Shown here piece after piece: positions 58,849 to 64,000 of a stretch of 64,000 nt of DNA (position 1 is its first letter; every line of letters starts with the position of its first letter). The DNA comes from Planctomycetota bacterium (GTDB lineage: Bacteria; Planctomycetota; B15-G4), in the NCBI GenBank assembly GCA_965248575.1, contig CBDFJQ010000002.1, forward strand, positions 4,288,001 to 4,352,000, given 5' to 3'. A program made the translations under genes and the position numbers. Under the pieces are notes generated by a model. That model had not been told where the DNA came from. It did no database searches and saw nothing but the letters and a program-made list of their open reading frames with translations.

Positions 58849-61443
58849 TTGGCTTCCATCTTCGCGCGTCGTCGGACGCGCCGCTCGCTGCTCGTTTCCG
58901 GCTTCGCGCTGTCGGGCGTCCTGGCCTGGATGGTGTTCAGCGATGACGCCGAGACGTACGTCCCCGGAGAACAGACTGACGGCCTGACCGACTCGCTGCG
59001 TCGCAACCTGCCGGACGACACGCCGTCCATCCGCTTGGTGGAGGTCGGGGAGTCGGCGGGCCTCGAGTTCGTGCACTTTCCGTATGAGCGATCGAACCGG
59101 CTGCCCGAGGACATGGGGGCGGGCGTGGCTCTAGGCGACGTGGACGGCGACGGGTTCACGGATGTCTTCCTGGTGAACTCGCATCCGGAGGCTGTCGAGG
59201 CCGAACCCGGTACCAAACCCGGTACCGAAGCCGCCTGCCGCCTGTTCCGCAACACCGGCGATGGCCGTCTGGTGGACATCACCGAGACCTCCGGAGCAGG
59301 CCTGATCCTGCAGGGCTTCGCGGCCGTTTTCCTGGACCGCGAGGGCGACGGCGACCTCGACCTCATGGTCAGCTCGCTGGGCAGCTGTCGGCTGCTGGAC
59401 AACGACGGCGCCGGGCACTTCAGCGACGTGAGTGCAGAGGCAGGGCTGGACGCACACCAGGGCTTCTGGACCGGCCTCGCGTCAGGAGATGTGGACGGCG
59501 ACGACGACGTGGACGTCTATGTGTGCGGCTACGTGGCCTACGACGAGAGCGCCGTGAACGCGGGCTCGCTCAGCAGCCAGTTCGGCCTGGACATCCCCTC
59601 GCTGATCAACCCCTCGGCCTTCGAGTCGGAGCGCAACTTGCTGCTGCTCAACGACGGCACGGGGCGCTTCACCGACGGCGCGCAGGCCGCGGGTGTGGTC
59701 AACCCGGGCGGCCGCAGCCTGGGCGCCTCCATCGCGGACTTCTCCGGCGACGGCCTGCCCGACCTCTACGTGGCCAACGACGTCTCGGACAACGCGCTCT
59801 ACATCAACCGCGGCGACGGGCGCTTCGAGGACCTCACCACCCGTGCGCTGGTGGGCGACTACCGCGGCGCCATGGGCCTGGCCGTGGGCGACGTGGACGG
59901 CGACCTCGACCCCGACCTGTTCATCACGCACTGGGTGGGTCAGGAGAACGCGCTGTATCTGAACCTGGCCGCCGAGACCGCGGAGCAGCAAGCCGCCGAG
60001 ATCCTGTTCATGGACATGGCCGATCGGCACGGCCTGGGGCAGGTGGCCCTGCCGATGGTGGGCTGGGGTTCGTCGCTGCTGGACCTGGACAGCGACGGGC
60101 GGCTCGACCTGCACGTGGTGAACGGCCACACGATCCCCGAGCGCGACGACCGCTCTCTGCTGGGTGCACAGGAAGACCACGTCTTCTGGAACGCCGGGCC
60201 GAAGCGCGGCTTCTTCCAGCTGGGCGCCTTCGCCGGCGAGTCCTTCGCAGAGGAGACGGTGGGGCGGGGCAGCGCGCGCTTCGACCTGGAGCTGGACGGC
60301 GACCCCGATCTGGTCGTGATGGTGCACGGCGACCGGCCGCTGCTGCTGCGCAACGACACGCCCGCGGCGGCGCATGGCCGGCTGGTGGTGCGCCCGCGGC
60401 AGCCGGCGGGCAACACGCAGGCGCTCGGTGCGCGCGTGGAGCTGCTGGCAGACGGGCATCGGCAGGTGCGCTGGATCGGCAGCCAGGGCAGCTACCTCTC
60501 GCAGCACGCCGTGGGTGAGGCGGCCTTCGGTCTGGGCGCCGCCACACTGGTGGACGAGCTCCTGATCACCTGGCCCGACGGGACGACGGAAACGAAGACA
60601 GATGTGCCAGCGGACCAGCTACTGACCTGGGTGCGCGGGCAGGAGCCGGAATTGGCATGGTTGCCCGGCCGCGTGGCGCAGTGGCGCGTGTCGGCCGGCG
60701 CGCCGCCCACCGATCCCGAGCAGCGCCGCGCCTTCCATCGTCTGCTGGACGAGGCCGCCGACGCGCGCATTGCCGGCAACACGCAGGCCGCGCTGGCGCT
60801 CTACGGCGAGGCCCTCGCGCTGTGGCCCGGACACGACGACGGGACCTATTACCGCGCCAACTGCTTGCTCGAGCTGGGTCGCGAGCAGGAGGCCGTGCAT
60901 CTCTTCGAGCTGCTGGTCCAGTTGCACCCGCAGAGCAACCGCGCCTGGATGCAGCTAGGCAAGCTGCGTCTGCCCGGTGGTGACCCAGCTTGCGACGACC
61001 TGGCTACCGCGCGCGACGCCTTCGAGCGTGCGCATACCATCAACGGCGAGGAGAGCGGTCCCGTGCTGCACCTGGCGCTGGCCGACCTGCTGGCGGGCGA
61101 GCTGGCCGCCGCCCGCGAGGGTTTCGAGCACGCGGCGCGCACCAACGCCCGCGACGTACCCAGCCGCTACTTCGCGGGCTATCTGGCATGGACGCAGGGC
61201 GAGGGCGACGCGGCGACCAAGTGGCTGGCCGAAGCGCGCACGGCGGCCGCCGGGCAGCTGGGTGCCGGCAACTCACCTTCGTCCGAGGGCGACACCAAGA
61301 CGGGCAAGGCGTTGGTGGCCAGCGTCGGCCCGGGTACGACGCACCCGGTGCTCGACCGCTGGCGAAGCGTGCTGGTGCGCGAGGGTGCCGTCGACGAGGA
61401 GTACGGGCCGGTGACGGAGGCGCTGCTCGGCGAGACGCCGTGA
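58849..61443 (+). CDS. CRTAC1/FG-GAP (VCBS) repeat protein with ASPIC/UnbV and C-terminal TPRs
   Basis: Repeated D.DGDG..D motifs, YVAND, MG...GD.DGD, GSYLSQ....FGLG, WPDG, then TPR helices. Confidence 0.92.
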   Translation: MASIFARRRTRRSLLVSGFALSGVLAWMVFSDDAETYVPGEQTDGLTDSLRRNLPDDTPSIRLVEVGESAGLEFVHFPYERSNRLPEDMGAGVALGDVDGDGFTDVFLVNSHPEAVEAEPGTKPGTEAACRLFRNTGDGRLVDITETSGAGLILQGFAAVFLDREGDGDLDLMVSSLGSCRLLDNDGAGHFSDVSAEAGLDAHQGFWTGLASGDVDGDDDVDVYVCGYVAYDESAVNAGSLSSQFGLDIPSLINPSAFESERNLLLLNDGTGRFTDGAQAAGVVNPGGRSLGASIADFSGDGLPDLYVANDVSDNALYINRGDGRFEDLTTRALVGDYRGAMGLAVGDVDGDLDPDLFITHWVGQENALYLNLAAETAEQQAAEILFMDMADRHGLGQVALPMVGWGSSLLDLDSDGRLDLHVVNGHTIPERDDRSLLGAQEDHVFWNAGPKRGFFQLGAFAGESFAEETVGRGSARFDLELDGDPDLVVMVHGDRPLLLRNDTPAAAHGRLVVRPRQPAGNTQALGARVELLADGHRQVRWIGSQGSYLSQHAVGEAAFGLGAATLVDELLITWPDGTTETKTDVPADQLLTWVRGQEPELAWLPGRVAQWRVSAGAPPTDPEQRRAFHRLLDEAADARIAGNTQAALALYGEALALWPGHDDGTYYRANCLLELGREQEAVHLFELLVQLHPQSNRAWMQLGKLRLPGGDPACDDLATARDAFERAHTINGEESGPVLHLALADLLAGELAAAREGFEHAARTNARDVPSRYFAGYLAWTQGEGDAATKWLAEARTAAAGQLGAGNSPSSEGDTKTGKALVASVGPGTTHPVLDRWRSVLVREGAVDEEYGPVTEALLGETP

Positions 61444-61463
61444 GCTCGCGTCTCGGTGTCAAG

Positions 61464-61850
61464 TCAGGTAGAGGTGAGCGTGAGCACGACGTGCCCAACC
61501 AGCAACACCGACTCCAAGAGGGCAGCGGTCCATCCGATGCCGCGCGCGGCTGAACTCCTGCTGCTGGCACCCACGGCCGTCAACAAGGTGAGCGCCATGT
61601 GCAGCGGGATGTTCAGGAAAGTGAGTCGGAGCCAGCGGGTGTCCACGAAGTCGACCGTGCTGGCCAGGGCGCCGTCTTCTCCCTGGACAACCAGGTAGAC
61701 GAGCAACCAGATCAGGAAACCTTGCAGCAGCCGGTCGAGCGCCGTGGGCCGAACGGGCCTACGCGGGTCGGCCGCACGTACCACGTCGCGCAAGTGCAGT
61801 ACCTCCTTGAGGCGGGCAGGGGTCGGCGGCTTCGATTCGGACGGCTGCAT
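61464..61850 (-). CDS. Hypothetical membrane protein
   Basis: Three hydrophobic segments; plausible ATG start. Confidence 0.65.
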   Translation of the reverse strand: MQPSESKPPTPARLKEVLHLRDVVRAADPRRPVRPTALDRLLQGFLIWLLVYLVVQGEDGALASTVDFVDTRWLRLTFLNIPLHMALTLLTAVGASSRSSAARGIGWTAALLESVLLVGHVVLTLTST

Positions 61851-61921
61851 GGTATGGGCTCAGGCGGCTACGCGTGCGTCGGGGCAGGGGAAGATCCCTC
61901 TGCAGCCCACGAAGTTTCGTC

Positions 61922-64000
61922 TCAGCGCGTTCCCAGCACGTCGAACTCGCCACCCATGACACGTTCCAGCAAGCCGGTCTTGAAATTGCGGACGCTGTCG
62001 CGCACCAGCGGCGAGGGCTGCGCGCGGTAGCGCCGAACGACTCGCTGGGCCCGCTCGCACGCGGCCAGCGCCGTGTGGGCCTGCTCGCGGGCCATGACGA
62101 CGTCGGCGGCCGGCTGCTCAGGCTGCGGGACGACGGTGACCCGCGCCCGGCCGCGAAGGGTCTGCCGCCGGCCCTCGTCGGGGATCTCCTGCACGTGCAG
62201 ACCGCCCTCTGGCTCCAGGATGCGGTAGGCCCCGAAACCCGAGACGCCCAGCACAGTGCGGTGAACCTGACCGTGGGGCGCGTCGTCCGACGAGTTCTCC
62301 AGCACGTCCAGCGACATGCCGCGACGCTGCGCCCAGTGGCGGTACATCTCCACGAGCTGCTGCGCGAAACCGTTGCTGACGTCGGGGTCCACGCCGTCGT
62401 CGGACACGCCCGTCACCTCGATGAAGGTGTCGGCCGGCTGTCCTTCCGCCAGGCCAAGACAGGCGTTCTGCACCAGAAAGACCTGCTGAGCCAAGCGGCC
62501 CACCAGCTTCTGCGAGACGCGGCCGTTCTCGTCGGCGCGGGCGCGGGACAGGCGCTCCAGGATGGAGGTGGCCGTCTCCGTGCCGGTTTCGATGCGGTCC
62601 ATGTACTCGATGCGCCCCAGCACGGCGAAGCGGAGGTCGGCTTCCCAGAAACCAGCTTCCTTCATCTGGTCCAGGGCCTGCTCCTTCTGCTCCCGCCAGG
62701 CATCGCTGTGGACGCGCTCCGACAATTGTTGCGTCCGGTCTCTCAGCAGTGCCAGCTCCTGCGCTGTCCCGTGCGGTTGGAAGACGATCTCCTCCACCTG
62801 CCGGTTCGTTCCTTCCCCGGTCGTGGCGCCTGCGGGCGCCTCCGCGTCGATCGGTGCATCGGGGTCCACGAACTCCACTTGCAGCTGCTGCCCGTTGCTG
62901 CGCACGAAGAGGAACTGATCTCCCTCCGGGTACTGGTGGTGCACGATGGTCTTGGCCAGCGGCGACAGCAGGTAGCGCTCCACGGCACGCTTCAGCGGTC
63001 GTGCGCCGAGGTCCGGCGTGAAGCCCTTGCGAAGCAGGAAGTCGATGGCGGACTCCTCCCACTCGACCGCCCACGAGCGCGTGCGTAGTCCGCGGCGACG
63101 CATCGCGTCAGACAGCTCTTTCTCAAGGATGTCGCGCATGATGGCGCGGCCCAGGGGGCGGAAGGCCACCACGCGGTCGATGCGGTTCACGAACTCGGGC
63201 GCAAAGGCCTGCTCGAGTGCGCGGTCGACACGCTGCGCAGTGGTGGTCCGGCCGAAGCCCACGCCGGAGCTGGCGGACGGCTTGCCGCCCAGGTTGGAGG
63301 TCATGATCACGATGGCGTGCCGGAAGTCGGCGGCGCGGCCCCGCCGGTCGGTGAGCCGCCCGTCGTCGAACAGCTGCAGGAACACGCTGTAGATCTTGGG
63401 GTGGGCCTTCTCGAACTCGTCCAGCAACACCACCGAGAACGGTTGCTGCCGGATGGCGTCCACCAGCGCGCCGCCGCGCCCACCCTCCTGCTCGTCGCCC
63501 AGCACGCGGTCCAGCGAGCCCTCGGCCTGCAGCTCGCTCATGTCCAGGCGGATCATGCGTTCGCCGGAGCCGAACAGGTACTCGGCCAGCGTCTTGGCCA
63601 GCTCCGTCTTGCCGGTCCCGGTGGGGCCCGTGAACAGGAAGACGCCCAGCGGTCGGCTGGGGTCCGTGAGGCCGGCCTTCACCAAGGCCACGCGGTCGAC
63701 CAGGCACTCCACAGCTTCGGGCTGGCCCAGGACACGCTTCTCGAAGAAGCGTTTCAGCGTGTCCAGGTCGAGGCGTGCACGGTGATCCAGCACCGAAACG
63801 GGGATGCCGGTGAGCACGGAGAGCGAGGCCAGCAGGTCGTCGGTGGTGAGGCTGCGCGTCGGGCGGCCGTCGGTGGACAGCGAGCGGCGCGTCGCGTCGA
63901 GGAAGCGCAGCACGCGACCGGGCGCCGCGCGGGAGCCCAGATACTGCCAGCTGAGCTGCACGGCTTCCGCTTCGCAACCGGGCGCCAGGCCCGGCGACCC
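61922..64000 (-). CDS. ClpA/ClpB-family AAA+ ATPase fused to a C-terminal release-factor-like (PCRF) domain (partial; 5' end outside the window)
   Basis: D2 module: GQPEAV, FLFTGPTGTGKTELAK, RLDMSE, VVLLDEFEKAH, DDGRLTD, IMTSNLG, PEFVNRID, GARPLKR. The C-terminus resembles RF2. The frame is open to position 64000. Confidence 0.9.
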   Translation of the reverse strand, partial: GSPGLAPGCEAEAVQLSWQYLGSRAAPGRVLRFLDATRRSLSTDGRPTRSLTTDDLLASLSVLTGIPVSVLDHRARLDLDTLKRFFEKRVLGQPEAVECLVDRVALVKAGLTDPSRPLGVFLFTGPTGTGKTELAKTLAEYLFGSGERMIRLDMSELQAEGSLDRVLGDEQEGGRGGALVDAIRQQPFSVVLLDEFEKAHPKIYSVFLQLFDDGRLTDRRGRAADFRHAIVIMTSNLGGKPSASSGVGFGRTTTAQRVDRALEQAFAPEFVNRIDRVVAFRPLGRAIMRDILEKELSDAMRRRGLRTRSWAVEWEESAIDFLLRKGFTPDLGARPLKRAVERYLLSPLAKTIVHHQYPEGDQFLFVRSNGQQLQVEFVDPDAPIDAEAPAGATTGEGTNRQVEEIVFQPHGTAQELALLRDRTQQLSERVHSDAWREQKEQALDQMKEAGFWEADLRFAVLGRIEYMDRIETGTETATSILERLSRARADENGRVSQKLVGRLAQQVFLVQNACLGLAEGQPADTFIEVTGVSDDGVDPDVSNGFAQQLVEMYRHWAQRRGMSLDVLENSSDDAPHGQVHRTVLGVSGFGAYRILEPEGGLHVQEIPDEGRRQTLRGRARVTVVPQPEQPAADVVMAREQAHTALAACERAQRVVRRYRAQPSPLVRDSVRNFKTGLLERVMGGEFDVLGTR

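Noticed and set aside
61922..62700. Functional prfB (RF2) gene
   Set aside because: It is in frame with the Clp ATPase and lacks GGQ and SPF.

Overview
High-GC bacterial genomic window, most likely an uncultured Planctomycetota (inference from the gene set: Ser/Thr kinase-WD40 protein, multiheme cytochrome c plus CRTAC1/FG-GAP-TPR pair, many secreted proteins, BMC shell gene). Housekeeping and metabolic genes include pepP-kynU-kynA, an aryl-CoA ligase, glgX-glgB, a DASS transporter, a radical SAM/GT2 pair and an SGNH/MBOAT pair. Main observations: (1) two integron-type cassette loci on the minus strand (about 7.5-10.9 kb with four attC sites, and 18.6-20.0 kb with one attC). Each is headed by a homologous ~190-bp non-coding module with an attI-like site and a conserved TAGACG-N17-TAC(C/G)CT promoter, and no integrase gene is present in the window. 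Cargo includes TM-pYEATS, MORN/YwqK-like and SLATT-like proteins. (2) A MamK-like actin in an operon with a coiled-coil protein, divergent from a BY-kinase-like ATPase lacking the Tyr cluster, with an orphan BMC-T shell gene about 6 kb away. (3) A ClpA/B-type ATPase fused to a release-factor-like domain lacking GGQ. (4) Two cases where cargo genes sit behind a decayed copy of the promoter and 5' end of the next gene. (5) A DUF4062-NACHT-TPR NLR-like protein and a glycine-zipper bacteriocin-like protein. No rRNA, tRNA, CRISPR array or transposase was recognised. All family calls are by eye from motifs; no database searches were run.
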